Source: an uncultured cyanobacterium (GTDB lineage Bacteria > Cyanobacteriota > Cyanobacteriia > Pseudanabaenales > Pseudanabaenaceae). Taken from it: a DNA stretch of 64,000 nt. The notes under the pieces were generated by a model, which was given only the letters and a program-made list of their open reading frames with translations, ran no database searches and was not told the origin of the DNA. The position numbers and the translations under genes are program-made. Below, one piece after another: positions 13,572-24,148 of this stretch. Each line of letters begins with the position of its first letter. Within the stretch, counting starts at the first letter, position 1. Where the stretch lies: NCBI GenBank assembly GCA_963703315.1, contig OY969811.1:512001-576000 (forward strand), in the 5' to 3' direction.

Positions 13572-14105
13572 CTAGTCAGAACCCAAAAGTGCAATGCTAC
13601 GGTCAATTAATTCGATCTGCGTCGATTCGCTTAAACCACGATCAAAATAAGCTTGCACACTCGCAAGAGATTTCTCGGCAACTTGCTGACGCAACTGCAC
13701 GATTACTCTTTCTTGTTCGGTAGCAATTTCTTGATCAGCAGCTTCACGTAAGCGGGCAATATCGGCATCAACTGTAGCTAAAATTGCATCCGCCGCGTGT
13801 TTAGCATCGGCTTCTGCTTGTTTACGCAAGTTATCTGACTCAGTTTTTGCCTGAGCTAGTTTTTCTTGCTGTATCGCTAGCTTATCTGCCGCATCCTTTT
13901 GGCGCTTCTCTGCATCAGCGATCGCCGATTGGATCGATTCCAAACGCGCCGAGAGAATTTTGCCTAAGAAACCGCGACCTGCATAGATCAAAAGACCTAT
14001 AACTATAACTAAGTTAATCAGGTTAGTTTCCAGAATATCGGAGTTAATCCCGAATCCTGAATGTTCGGCTGCTTCACTTGCAAGTAAGACGAAATTTCTA
14101 ATCAT
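13572..14105 (-). CDS. atpF: ATP synthase F0 subunit b
   Basis: FGINSDILETNLINL, TM helix, coiled coil. Confidence 0.95.
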   Translation of the reverse strand: MIRNFVLLASEAAEHSGFGINSDILETNLINLVIVIGLLIYAGRGFLGKILSARLESIQSAIADAEKRQKDAADKLAIQQEKLAQAKTESDNLRKQAEADAKHAADAILATVDADIARLREAADQEIATEQERVIVQLRQQVAEKSLASVQAYFDRGLSESTQIELIDRSIALLGSD

Positions 14106-14163
14106 AAACGTTATTTCTATTACCCAATATCAGCCAGACAGAAACTATCTAGGAGAATGTAAA

Positions 14164-14661
14164 CTAGGAGTTTACTAAGTTACCTAGTAATTTTTCTAGG
14201 ACTTGGCGACTGAGGGATTCTACTTCCGCGTCCAGAGATGCTGTCGCATCTTGTTTTTGCTTTTCGATTTCTGCTTTTGCTGTAGCAACTTTGGCTTGAG
14301 CCTCAGCGATCGCCGCATCAATGCGTTCTTTCCGAATCTTATTTGCTTCTGACTGAGCAGTGGTCAAAACGCTTTGAGTTGCTTTACGCGCAGCAGCAAG
14401 CTCCTGCTCATATTGTTTAACAACTAACTCAGCTTTTTCTAACCTTTCCTTAGCTCCGACAATCTGCTCTCTTACATAGTCATCACGATCATCGATCGCT
14501 TTGGTCAGAGGCTTAAAGAAAATAACGTTAAGAAGCGCTACAAAAACGACAAACTGCACCGCAATAATTGGAAGTGTGGCATTGATATCAAACAAGCCAC
14601 CTTTAGGCTCAGCCGCTTCCGCAGCAATGAGAACAGTTGAAAAAAGGTTCCAAATTGTCAT
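14164..14661 (-). CDS. atpG: ATP synthase F0 subunit b'
   Basis: GGLFDINATLP, FFKPLTKAIDDR; cyanobacterial nomenclature. Confidence 0.93.
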   Translation of the reverse strand: MTIWNLFSTVLIAAEAAEPKGGLFDINATLPIIAVQFVVFVALLNVIFFKPLTKAIDDRDDYVREQIVGAKERLEKAELVVKQYEQELAAARKATQSVLTTAQSEANKIRKERIDAAIAEAQAKVATAKAEIEKQKQDATASLDAEVESLSRQVLEKLLGNLVNS

Positions 14662-14814
14662 AGGTTATGTTGTCTAAACAGCACTTTTGAGCGTGCTGTT
14701 ACACTAGGTTCGATTACTAAAGGCGATTATCCAGACGTACAAAGAAGCTAAGAATTAAGGGAAAATTAATCTTCCCCACTTAGCTTCTTTGTTACACTAG
14801 CCCATGAGAAATGT

Positions 14815-15078
<264 letters not shown>

Positions 15079-15150
15079 TTAGATTATTGTTAATTGGTTT
15101 ACATTTACGAGAGATTAATTAAGGAAGAAGTCTTCCCGAATCAACTGAGC

Positions 15151-15924
15151 TTAATGCTCATGCCCTTCATCACCATGTCCTTCCATCGCTTCACCGATGT
15201 ATGACGCTGCCAGAGTTGAGAAAATCAATGCTTGGATCGCACTGGTAAATAGTCCCAAAATCATTAATGGCAGGGGTACAAACAAAGGTACGAGGAGAAC
15301 CATAACCCCCACAACTAGCTCATCCGCAAGGATGTTTCCGAAAAGACGGAAGCTTAGCGAAAGGGGCTTTGTGAAATCTTCAAGAACCCATAAAGGAAGG
15401 AGAAAGGGAGAGGCTTGGACATATCTGGTGAAGTATTCCAAACCACGCTTGCTCAATCCAGCATAGAAATAGGCTAGGGAGACTAATAATGCTAGGGCGA
15501 TCGTGGTATTAATATCGCTTGTCGGGGCAGCAAGTTCGCCCTCTGGCAATTCGATTAATTTCCAAGGAACTAGCGCTCCTAACCAGTTAGAGGCAAATAT
15601 AAACAAGAATAGACTACCAACAAATGGTACCCATTCTCGATAATGCTTTTCGCCAATTTGGTCTTTTGCGATGCTCTGAACATACTCCAGAGCATATTCC
15701 ATGAAATTTTGAAAACCTGCGGGAACACGTTGGTCAGCTTTAGCGGTGCTAGATCCGATGAGTCCAGCAACAAGTACTGCACCCATTACAATCCAGCTAA
15801 CGATTAATACTTGACCATGTACCGTAAAGTTACCGAACTGCCAATAAAAGTGTTTGCCCACCTCTAGTGCGGCAAAACTAGTTTGATGGCTGCTTGCATA
15901 GCCAAAAGTTACTGGATCGATCAT
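15151..15924 (-). CDS. atpB: ATP synthase F0 subunit a (cyanobacterial atpI)
   Basis: [32 protein letters not shown]. Confidence 0.98.
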   Translation of the reverse strand: MIDPVTFGYASSHQTSFAALEVGKHFYWQFGNFTVHGQVLIVSWIVMGAVLVAGLIGSSTAKADQRVPAGFQNFMEYALEYVQSIAKDQIGEKHYREWVPFVGSLFLFIFASNWLGALVPWKLIELPEGELAAPTSDINTTIALALLVSLAYFYAGLSKRGLEYFTRYVQASPFLLPLWVLEDFTKPLSLSFRLFGNILADELVVGVMVLLVPLFVPLPLMILGLFTSAIQALIFSTLAASYIGEAMEGHGDEGHEH

Positions 15925-15987
15925 GTTCGATATGTTACAACCTATAGGAGGTCAAATCAGCGAGAATGGAACCCATCTGCTCAAATT

Positions 15988-16413
15988 TTAATTTTGAGTC
16001 AAATCTTGAGCAAGAATCACTAAAACAGCAACTTTATAGGTCATAAAGCCGAGGAACGCAGGTAATATTTCCAGTTGATCTGATTTGGCAGCGATCGCCA
16101 TCAGCAGCACAAATAGTCCAAGCCTTGAAAAGCCAAGACGATTTGATTCACTGCCCAAGCGATCAACTCCTTTGGTGAGCATTCGGAAATATACCGTACC
16201 AACCATTGCGCCTACAGCATAACTGAGCGCAATGCTCCATCCATACCAAGCCCACACCGCCAGACTGATAATGACTCCAGAGGCGAGGGTTAGTACTAAT
16301 AGCTTCACCTTTAAGCGGTTGTACTCTTCCATGCCATCAGTAACTGATGTGGATGAGTTTGCAACAACCGTTGTTGGCGAAACTGGACTGTTTTTTGCGG
16401 GAATAATCTTCAC
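15988..16413 (-). CDS. atpI: ATP synthase protein I (atp1)
   Basis: Small 4-TM protein at the head of the operon; MEEYNRLK...FLGFMTYKVA. Confidence 0.88.
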   Translation of the reverse strand: MKIIPAKNSPVSPTTVVANSSTSVTDGMEEYNRLKVKLLVLTLASGVIISLAVWAWYGWSIALSYAVGAMVGTVYFRMLTKGVDRLGSESNRLGFSRLGLFVLLMAIAAKSDQLEILPAFLGFMTYKVAVLVILAQDLTQN

Positions 16414-16790
16414 TGTTGACTTTTAGCTTAAATTGCTGAGCATTTGTGCTGATTATTTGAGTGAAGAACTAGCACTTGAGATCGTACTCAAAATGGGTAT
16501 CCAAAAACTTGGATGTAGCTGCCTACACCGTTGCTAAGCATATCACGCAAGATGTCACATTTGCTTTACAACTCTTTAACAAATAACTGTTTAGGTAAGT
16601 TGAGGGGAGGGTGAATTGCTTTCCTATACTTTTTAGCGGGTTACTTTTAATAGGTATTTCGTCTATATTGGGGTGCTAACATAACAAAAAGTTTTAGACT
16701 AATGCTTAAGAGTTTTTAAAAATTTTTCTTGAAAGATTTTTGAGGATTTTCCATATCCTAAGCAGTCACCTAAAACTTCATTAAATTTTT

Positions 16791-17432
16791 GTGAGCATCC
16801 AGAATTTGCAACTTATGTCCACACCTTTTGCTAAGCTCCGCTCGTTTCAGTTTGCGCTCCAAGCCGCCGTCTTGTCGATGATTTCCTCTGCGGCTTTGTT
16901 GCCTTTAGGGGCGATCGCGCCAAATGCTGTTTCGGCACAGCAACTTCAAGCCCAAAAGCCAGTTACTTCCCCGCAATCTCAGCCTATAGAGTCTACTAAA
17001 CCAAATTCTCTTGAGAGTAGTGTATTTAGTATTTCGGGTGGACAACGATTGATGTCGGAGTCGATGACCGCAATTAGTCAACAGAATTATGATCAAGCTG
17101 TGACCAAGTTGCAGGATGCTCGTCAAGTATTTAATCAATTATCTAATTTTTATCAGGAATTAACCACTAGTTTTTCGGGTATTGACAATCGTATTTCCGA
17201 TAGTCATCGCCGTAAAGCTCTGCAAACTGCACAGTTGCGGGATGAGGCAACTTATCAGCTTGCGGTGGTCTATCGTGCTAAAAATCAGCCTGAACTAGCA
17301 GTGCCTTTGTTAATTCAGTTGATTCGCAGTCAAGCGCCAACCCGTGATCTGGGTTCACAAGCCTATCAGCAGTTGTTTGAACTAGGTTTTGTTGAAGTTC
17401 CGTATGCACGCCCAAGCGCTGCTACACCATAG
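16791..17432 (+). CDS. Conserved cyanobacterial exported helical (TPR-like) hypothetical protein
   Basis: Signal-peptide-like N-terminus; ARQVFNQLSNFYQEL...RDEATYQLA. Confidence 0.75.
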   Translation: MSIQNLQLMSTPFAKLRSFQFALQAAVLSMISSAALLPLGAIAPNAVSAQQLQAQKPVTSPQSQPIESTKPNSLESSVFSISGGQRLMSESMTAISQQNYDQAVTKLQDARQVFNQLSNFYQELTTSFSGIDNRISDSHRRKALQTAQLRDEATYQLAVVYRAKNQPELAVPLLIQLIRSQAPTRDLGSQAYQQLFELGFVEVPYARPSAATP

Positions 17433-17464
17433 ATAAAGGGCGATGCAAAGCATCGCCTTTTATC

Positions 17465-17584
17465 TATGGCTGTTGCCAAGTGTACTAGGACATAAAACCC
17501 AAGAATTGATTGGCGGCGCTCCGCGCCGTCAATCAATTCTTGGGTTTTGATTTGTTTGTCTTAAGACAAGTGACTGTATCTATA
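17465..17584. mobile_element. Family A hairpin element
   Basis: taggacataaaacccaagaattgattggcggcgc-tcc-gcgccgtcaatcaattcttgggtttt. Confidence 0.7.
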
Positions 17585-17667
17585 TACAAATTTTATCTAT
17601 TGATTAAGGTGAGTTGAGAGCGTCTGTGGGCATAGTATATAAGGACTTCTCTTGAGAAACTCTGGTC

Positions 17668-17770
17668 ATACCAATTCACAAAAGTGTTGTTACACTTTTG
17701 TGAATTAAAAATCAAACCCAGTAAAGGTTTTCAAAACTAAAAATGGCGTAGCCATTTTTAGTTTTGGTAT
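17668..17770. mobile_element. Family C double-hairpin element (reverse orientation)
   Basis: Near reverse complement of 11178-11282. Confidence 0.75.
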
Positions 17771-17840
17771 CACAATTGTTTTGATGGATTCGACAGTCTA
17801 AGTTCTTAACTTTTTCAGCTAATTAACACTACGAAGCGTT

Positions 17841-18302
17841 ATGAAATTTTCCCTACTCCAAGTTTTGTCATCACCCCTATTCAAAGTGGTGGGATGTTTA
17901 GGTTCAATTGTTGCGTCCGCTAGTTTTATGACTGTGATCGAGCCTGCCCAAGCACAGTTACAGGTTTGTAATCGTTCTAACAAGACTGCTTATATTGCAG
18001 TTGGCTATGGTGTTGGGAACGATAAATGGCGCTCTGAAGGGTGGTTTGAAATTACTCCTCGCCAATGTGAAGTAGTAGTGGAGACTGCTTTAACTTCTGG
18101 GGACTACTACTATCTTTATGGTGGCGATCGCGGGGATAACTGGGTATGGGAAGGTACAACTGGTCAAAATTTTTGCGTACATCCCACTGATAAGTTTAAT
18201 TACGTTGCTACTGGTGAGGGATGCGGTCGAAATGGCTCTGAGTTACGCCCATTTTTTGAAGTGCAAGTAGACAGTAGTAATTACACGATGAATTTAAGAT
18301 AA
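17841..18302 (+). CDS. DUF1036 domain exported protein
   Basis: Signal peptide; LQVCN...AVGY...W.SEGW...C; FCV. Confidence 0.8.
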   Translation: MKFSLLQVLSSPLFKVVGCLGSIVASASFMTVIEPAQAQLQVCNRSNKTAYIAVGYGVGNDKWRSEGWFEITPRQCEVVVETALTSGDYYYLYGGDRGDNWVWEGTTGQNFCVHPTDKFNYVATGEGCGRNGSELRPFFEVQVDSSNYTMNLR

Positions 18303-18327
18303 CTACTTTCTAACTTGTCCTTCCCAA

Positions 18328-18376
18328 TCAATAATTTAGTGGTGCGCGGCTTTGCCGCGCACCACTAAATTATTGA
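18328..18376. terminator. Perfect hairpin between convergent genes
   Basis: tcaataatttagtggtgcgcggc-ttt-gccgcgcaccactaaattattga. Confidence 0.65.
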
Positions 18377-18384
18377 ATAGTCAT

Positions 18385-20046
18385 TTATTGAGATTTTGCC
18401 CACCAAGCTAACCCATAGCGTTGACTTGGTGAATTTTTTTTGGGAGATTTAAAGACAACTCGGAGCTTGTATTTGTCTGTAGTGGGGATTTTGATAAAGA
18501 TATGCTGTAAGTTGTCTACCTGACTAACTGATGACCAGATACTTTGCGAAATATCGGTATCTAGCGATCGCATTAAGTACAACTCAATTTGATTAAAGCC
18601 CTCATCGGTAAAGCTTTCGCCAATATCAAATAGTCCATTCCCATTTTTATCGTTGAGCTTGACTTGACGATCCCAAGCTAAGGTTGCCGAGATAAAGCTA
18701 TCAGCTTCTAAGGGATTGGTAAAAATATAGTCTTGATATTTATCGACTTCGATGAAATTAGTATCCCAGCCGATCACCGCAATATTAGCTGAGCCGTTAA
18801 GCGGTGATTGTTGTCCTGCTTGATATTGCTGAAAAGCACGATAGGCATCGAGTTGTCCCGCACCGAGATTGCGGCTGAGGGGAATTGTGCGATTTGTATA
18901 AGCCTCAGTATCGATCCATGTTTTACCAAAAGCATCAAGAATGGTTTTGGACATCCCCAAAATCTTGCCATCGCCACGATCTTGGATTTTGTCAGCAGAA
19001 TTGATTAATACGGCTTTCATTAATTCATGGCGGCGGGCATCAATATTCCACTGACCAGTTTCGATTTGGCGATTGGCATATTCATGTAACAGGGCGATCG
19101 TTCCAACTACATGAGGAGCCGCAAAGCTAGAACCATTAGCATTTTTGAATTTACTTTGTAAGGTGGGGAGTTTGAGATTGTTCCCGGGGGCAAGTAAACC
19201 CAGCGATCGCCTACCATTGATCGGACTTTCTACCCCTGCTGTCCATTTACCATCTTTATTGAGGTCACTGAATACTTCACCAAGATCATATTTGCCATTG
19301 CTATTGCGATCGATAAATGGTTCGTCAATGAGATTACCGCGATCGAGTTGCCGATAAACGCCATTGACTTCACGGGTAAAGCCCACCGTAAAGCCGTTAT
19401 AGAGGTCAGTCGGAATGGGAATGCCGCCTTTGCCTTGATTGCCTGCAACTATAGGCAAAGTGTTATGAGTGGAGGCAATCCAATCAACGCAGAGGGTCAG
19501 TAAGGCATCGCCATCAAGTTTGGCATTAGGACGTGGATCTTCGCTGAGTAGTTCGCCAAAGCTAAAGTTGATCGCTCGAACGGTGCTGTTATATTGGCGA
19601 GCAATATGCTGAGCCGCGATACAAGCTTCAGGCTGACCATCTTGACGGCGTTGGGAATAGGCAGATGAAAGCAGTTTTGCATCGGGGGCAACTCCCCGAT
19701 TAATCTTATGTTGACTGATGATCACTGCGGCGACTTGAGCCGAGTGATCATCGACATTTTTGTTAGGGATGGCTTTTTTGTCTCTAAAAAAAACTTCGTA
19801 GGGTTGGACGATCGCCCGATCAAGTTGTAAAAGTTTATTCGTAATTTTATCTACGGCAAAGCGACTAGGACGGCTTAGCTCAACTTGCCCGATGAATATC
19901 TCTTTGCCAGTAAGGTTATATGGTGGTCTTTGTAAAGTACGTGCATCAATGCCTTGGCGATCGGCTGATTTTTCTAGCGCCCACCCTGTGGGACTAGTAG
20001 AAATATTGAGCAAAATTAAACCGACAAACCAACCGAACCTACGCAT
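18385..20046 (-). CDS. S8 (subtilisin-like) serine peptidase, exported
   Basis: DDHSAQVA (His), VAGN (oxyanion), GSSFAAPHV (Ser), KAVLINSA; signal peptide. Confidence 0.85.
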   Translation of the reverse strand: MRRFGWFVGLILLNISTSPTGWALEKSADRQGIDARTLQRPPYNLTGKEIFIGQVELSRPSRFAVDKITNKLLQLDRAIVQPYEVFFRDKKAIPNKNVDDHSAQVAAVIISQHKINRGVAPDAKLLSSAYSQRRQDGQPEACIAAQHIARQYNSTVRAINFSFGELLSEDPRPNAKLDGDALLTLCVDWIASTHNTLPIVAGNQGKGGIPIPTDLYNGFTVGFTREVNGVYRQLDRGNLIDEPFIDRNSNGKYDLGEVFSDLNKDGKWTAGVESPINGRRSLGLLAPGNNLKLPTLQSKFKNANGSSFAAPHVVGTIALLHEYANRQIETGQWNIDARRHELMKAVLINSADKIQDRGDGKILGMSKTILDAFGKTWIDTEAYTNRTIPLSRNLGAGQLDAYRAFQQYQAGQQSPLNGSANIAVIGWDTNFIEVDKYQDYIFTNPLEADSFISATLAWDRQVKLNDKNGNGLFDIGESFTDEGFNQIELYLMRSLDTDISQSIWSSVSQVDNLQHIFIKIPTTDKYKLRVVFKSPKKNSPSQRYGLAWWAKSQ

Positions 20047-20177
20047 TTATTTTTATACCTAATAAAGTTTCGCAATTCTAAAAACGATACTGCCATTTTT
20101 AGAATTGCTATTACTAGGATAGTCAAAAAATAAAGAACCAGATTTTATGAGGCGCGGCGGAGCCGCGCCTCATAAAA

Positions 20178-22142
20178 TTACAGGTTTTCTGCCAAACTAG
20201 TTGGTCGAAGTTGGGCAGTTTTGTGATTGACATCAAGTACTCGATAAACTCCTGTTTCTTGAGTTTTACCCTTGAGGGCATATTTGCCAACAAACTCAGT
20301 CTGGAAATTATTCTCTAATCGTTGATTGGTGTCTTCGCTAATCAAAATATGATGGGGACCACCATCTACTTCTTTATTAAAGCTTTCTAATCGCGCCGCA
20401 ATATTGACAATATCGCCCAAAACTGAATATTCCAAACGCTCAGCACTACCCAAACTGCCTGCAATCACAATGCCAGAATTAATACCAATACCAGTCGTGA
20501 CAGGTGGTAAACCCTGCGATACCCAGATATCATTCATTTGCTCTAATTTACGGGCGATCGCTAAAGCGGCATCGACAGCAGATTGAGCATCACGAGTACG
20601 CTCTCTCTCATTGCTATGGGGAATGGGTACACCAAAAACTGCCATGACTGCATCACCAATATATTTATCCACCATGCCACCATGCGCTAAAACTTCATTG
20701 GCGATCGTGCCTAAATAATTATTTAACCAATTCAAAGTTTCCCCCGGAGCTTGGGCTTCCGCCGCCGTACTAAAATTTCGCATATCGGTAAACAAGACGG
20801 TTACATATACCTCTTGCCCAACAATGCGCCCCTCTTCCATAAATTGCTCACGATTTGCCCAAATGATATCTGCTAATTCTTTGGAAACATGGCTCGAAAA
20901 TAACTTCATCAGCAATTTGCGTTCTGATTGATGAACTGCAAGCTGATAAACCATAACTAGCACATTTGCGGTAATGAAACCCAATAGCGATGGCAAGATT
21001 GGTATCCATAGGGCTTGAGCAAAGGCAAAATAACTAGTGCTGACTAATGCGATCGCGAGGATCGTTAACAGACCAATATTTTTAAAAACATTGGGAATGA
21101 ATGCGGCAAGCAACCCACCGATGACAGTCCAGACAATAATCCAGAGGTTTTCAAGATCATTTGACCAAACTTGAATAAATTTGCGATCGTCTAACGTGGC
21201 GCTGATTAGTTGACTGACAATATTGGCATGGATTTCCACGCCATACATGACTTCTTCCTCGACGGTGACAGGCGTGGGGTAGCTATCTTTGAGGCTCTCA
21301 GCAGTAACACCGATGAGAACTACGCGATCGCGAAATTGCTCAGGAGCAATCCGCCCTTCTAGCACATCACTAAACTGGATATGCTGAAAGGAGCGTGGTT
21401 TGCCACGATAGCGAATCATCATTTGATAGCCGCTATCATCCTCTTTACGATATGCACCATAATTAGCCGTTAGCCTCGGAATAATCTGCTTTCCTGCCGT
21501 AAACTGAATCGCACTTGGATTAAATTCAATTTGCTTATTATGGATCTTTTGTAAATACCAGTTCGCAATTTCAAAGGCAAAGGAACCAGTATCACCAACT
21601 ACAGAAGCACGCCGCACGATCGCGCCTTTATCAGTCAGCAGATTGACATAGCCATAACGACTAACTTTTTCAAGATCGCTAGCAGGTTCGACGCTACTGC
21701 GACCTTCTACCGTTGCCACAAACTTAGCATTAACCACATTACCTGCATTTTTAATCGCGGTAACTAATTCATTACGTCCTTCAAATACAGGGATATCGAG
21801 ATATTTATCAATACCAATCACAGCAGGTTTAGCTGCGGAAATTTGATTAATGAGTTTAGCAAATAGCCGATCGCTAAAGGGCCAGGGTATTTTTTGACCA
21901 CGCAGTTTTTGAATATCTGCTTCTGCAATTTCGACTATGACTACACGGTGATCGCTGGGTTCATTGAGTTGCGATCGCATTAAACTGTCATAAGACCAAA
22001 GTTCAATTTGCTTAAAAGTGCCATTTTCTCTTAATCCTAATACTCCTAAGGAAAGTGAAAAGGTAATTAATCCAGCAACTAGGGTCTGATGATTGCGTTT
22101 ACAAAACGCCCCAAAATTAATTAAAGAGGAAGGGAGTTTCAT
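20178..22142 (-). CDS. CHASE2-domain adenylate/guanylate cyclase
   Basis: CHASE2 (VIGID, VLIG, GVEIHA), 3 TM helices, class III cyclase motifs VLFTDMRNF, DKYIGDAVMA, GDIVNIAARLE. Confidence 0.93.
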   Translation of the reverse strand: MKLPSSLINFGAFCKRNHQTLVAGLITFSLSLGVLGLRENGTFKQIELWSYDSLMRSQLNEPSDHRVVIVEIAEADIQKLRGQKIPWPFSDRLFAKLINQISAAKPAVIGIDKYLDIPVFEGRNELVTAIKNAGNVVNAKFVATVEGRSSVEPASDLEKVSRYGYVNLLTDKGAIVRRASVVGDTGSFAFEIANWYLQKIHNKQIEFNPSAIQFTAGKQIIPRLTANYGAYRKEDDSGYQMMIRYRGKPRSFQHIQFSDVLEGRIAPEQFRDRVVLIGVTAESLKDSYPTPVTVEEEVMYGVEIHANIVSQLISATLDDRKFIQVWSNDLENLWIIVWTVIGGLLAAFIPNVFKNIGLLTILAIALVSTSYFAFAQALWIPILPSLLGFITANVLVMVYQLAVHQSERKLLMKLFSSHVSKELADIIWANREQFMEEGRIVGQEVYVTVLFTDMRNFSTAAEAQAPGETLNWLNNYLGTIANEVLAHGGMVDKYIGDAVMAVFGVPIPHSNERERTRDAQSAVDAALAIARKLEQMNDIWVSQGLPPVTTGIGINSGIVIAGSLGSAERLEYSVLGDIVNIAARLESFNKEVDGGPHHILISEDTNQRLENNFQTEFVGKYALKGKTQETGVYRVLDVNHKTAQLRPTSLAENL

Positions 22143-22342
22143 TGCAGTTGCCGATATGAAAAATGCTTTATGTGGATGAATTCGTAAAAAGTGGATGGAG
22201 CAAGGACGTTATATCTACAACAATAGCAACTGAACTTGATCATTAAAACAGTTCACTTTTCCTCACAAGTCAGTACAAATTAGTATGAGCGATCGCAGTT
22301 TTGTGTCTTTGAAAACTCTAAAACAAAAGTCTGTTTGACTTC

Positions 22343-22434
22343 TATAGCTGCTGACATTTGCCCAAATCCAGACAGCGAGTGGCGGCGCTTCGCGCCGCCA
22401 CTCGCTGTCTGGATTTAGACTGGCGACAACTATG
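22343..22434. mobile_element. Family A hairpin element (shortened)
   Basis: tatagctg...aaatccagacagcgagtggcggcgc-ttc-gcgccgccactcgctgtctggattt...gactggcgacaactatg. Confidence 0.65.
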
Positions 22435-22496
22435 ATCTAACTGTATCCATCTATGGTCATACATCAGCGAAATAGCGCGATTTCCAAGATATTCTG

Positions 22497-22548
22497 TCAA
22501 CAAAAAAGCAAGAGACAATATACATATTGTCTCTTGCTTTTTTGTTGA
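22497..22548 (-). terminator. Terminator-like hairpin downstream of gap2
   Basis: tcaacaaaaaagcaagagacaatat...atattgtctcttgcttttttgttga. Confidence 0.65.
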
Positions 22549-22602
22549 ATTTTAAGATTAGGTTTTACTGTGTACGTCCCTATCTCAGAAATAAATTGGA
22601 GG

Positions 22603-23616
22603 TTATTTCCAGTTCTTAGCGACTACTTCTGCTAGATCGACAACACGTTGGCTATAACCCCATTCGTTGTCATACCAAGCTACAACCTTAACCATATTGC
22701 CGCCCATTACCATTGTCAAAGAAGAGTCAACAATGGAAGAAGCATCAGTACCGCGATAGTCGATCGATACTAGAGGCAATTCGTTATATTCCAAAATACC
22801 CTTCAGTGAGCCTTCAGCAGCAGCACGGAAAGCTTCGTTGACTTCTTGAGCGATCGTTTTCTTTTCAACTTCTACAACAAAGTCAACCACCGATACGTTA
22901 GGGGTTGGTACACGCAAAGCAATACCGTTAAGTTTGCCAGCTAGTTGAGGTAATACCAAGGCAACTGCCTTGGCTGCACCTGTGGAAGTTGGTACAATGC
23001 TCAAAGCGGCGGCTCTAGCACGACGCAAATCACGATGGCTAGCATCTAGCAAGCGTTGGTCACCTGTGTAGCTGTGAGTGGTAGTCATCACGCCTTTGAC
23101 AATGCCAAAGTTTTCCAGAATTACCTTAGCTACAGGCGCTAGACAGTTGGTAGTACAACTAGCATTACTGATGATGTTGTGAATGTCGTGGTTGTAATCT
23201 TTTTCGTTAACACCAACGACAAAGGTGCCATCTTCATTTTTACCGGGGGCGGTGATTAAAACTTTCTTTGCACCTGCGCCAATATGTCTGCCAGCACCAA
23301 CCTTGTCGATAAATACGCCTGTAGACTCGATCACTAGATCGATGCCCCAATCTTTCCAAGGTAGGTTGTCAGGATTGCGATCGGATACAGTCTTAAGTCT
23401 GTGACCATTGACTGTAATCGTATCGTCATCAGCACTCACTTCACCGCTAAATTTACCAAGCATGGAGTCATACTTCAGTAAGTGAGCATTAGTCCTTGGA
23501 TCAGATGTATCGTTAAGTCCAACTACTTCTATGTTTGTTTCTGTGCGACCAGCCCAGCATCTGAGAAAGTTACGTCCGATGCGTCCAAATCCGTTAATCG
23601 CTACCCTGATAGTCAC
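22603..23616 (-). CDS. gap2: NAD(P)-dependent glyceraldehyde-3-phosphate dehydrogenase (Calvin cycle type)
   Basis: [44 protein letters not shown]. Confidence 0.95.
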   Translation of the reverse strand: MTIRVAINGFGRIGRNFLRCWAGRTETNIEVVGLNDTSDPRTNAHLLKYDSMLGKFSGEVSADDDTITVNGHRLKTVSDRNPDNLPWKDWGIDLVIESTGVFIDKVGAGRHIGAGAKKVLITAPGKNEDGTFVVGVNEKDYNHDIHNIISNASCTTNCLAPVAKVILENFGIVKGVMTTTHSYTGDQRLLDASHRDLRRARAAALSIVPTSTGAAKAVALVLPQLAGKLNGIALRVPTPNVSVVDFVVEVEKKTIAQEVNEAFRAAAEGSLKGILEYNELPLVSIDYRGTDASSIVDSSLTMVMGGNMVKVVAWYDNEWGYSQRVVDLAEVVAKNWK

Positions 23617-24005
23617 TGCTATTATTGCCCTTTATATAAATTTAACTTTTAACTTTAATCTGATGCTTATGATACCGAAAAACCGTACCTAATTTATTTG
23701 CTGTTCCAGTAAAAATTTTAATGAAATTTGCGGGCAACCACATAAAATTCGTTTGGCTTTTGTTTTTAGTCATCTTTTAAAGTGGCGATCGCATCTCACG
23801 ATTAGTTACGCTAAATCTAATTCTCTGTTTTGTTCCTAGATAGCCAATCAGAGTCACCAAGAAACTCGCCAAGACGTAACCCATTAGATTTTTGCCATAG
23901 CTCTCTCAGAATCATCTGGCAAAGAGATATTTAATCTGGTTTCTAAGTCTTTTAAGGATCTGGTGATCGGCGGGACAATGCTTCAGTAAATTCTTAGTCT
24001 TGAGT

Positions 24006-24080
24006 ATGCAGCTAGAAGATCTAAAACCTTGTGACGTATGCTGCGCGTGCGTCACAAGGTTTTAGATCTTCTAGCTGCAT
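24006..24080. repeat. 36-bp stem hairpin with a family D core
   Basis: atgcagctagaagatctaaaaccttgtgacgtatgc-tgc-gcgtgcgtcacaaggttttagatcttctagctgcat. Confidence 0.8.
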
Positions 24081-24148
24081 TTTTTGACATAAGAAGCCAG
24101 AAAAAATCGTTTAAAATAAGTAATACCGCAATCATTTTGGTAGCACCT

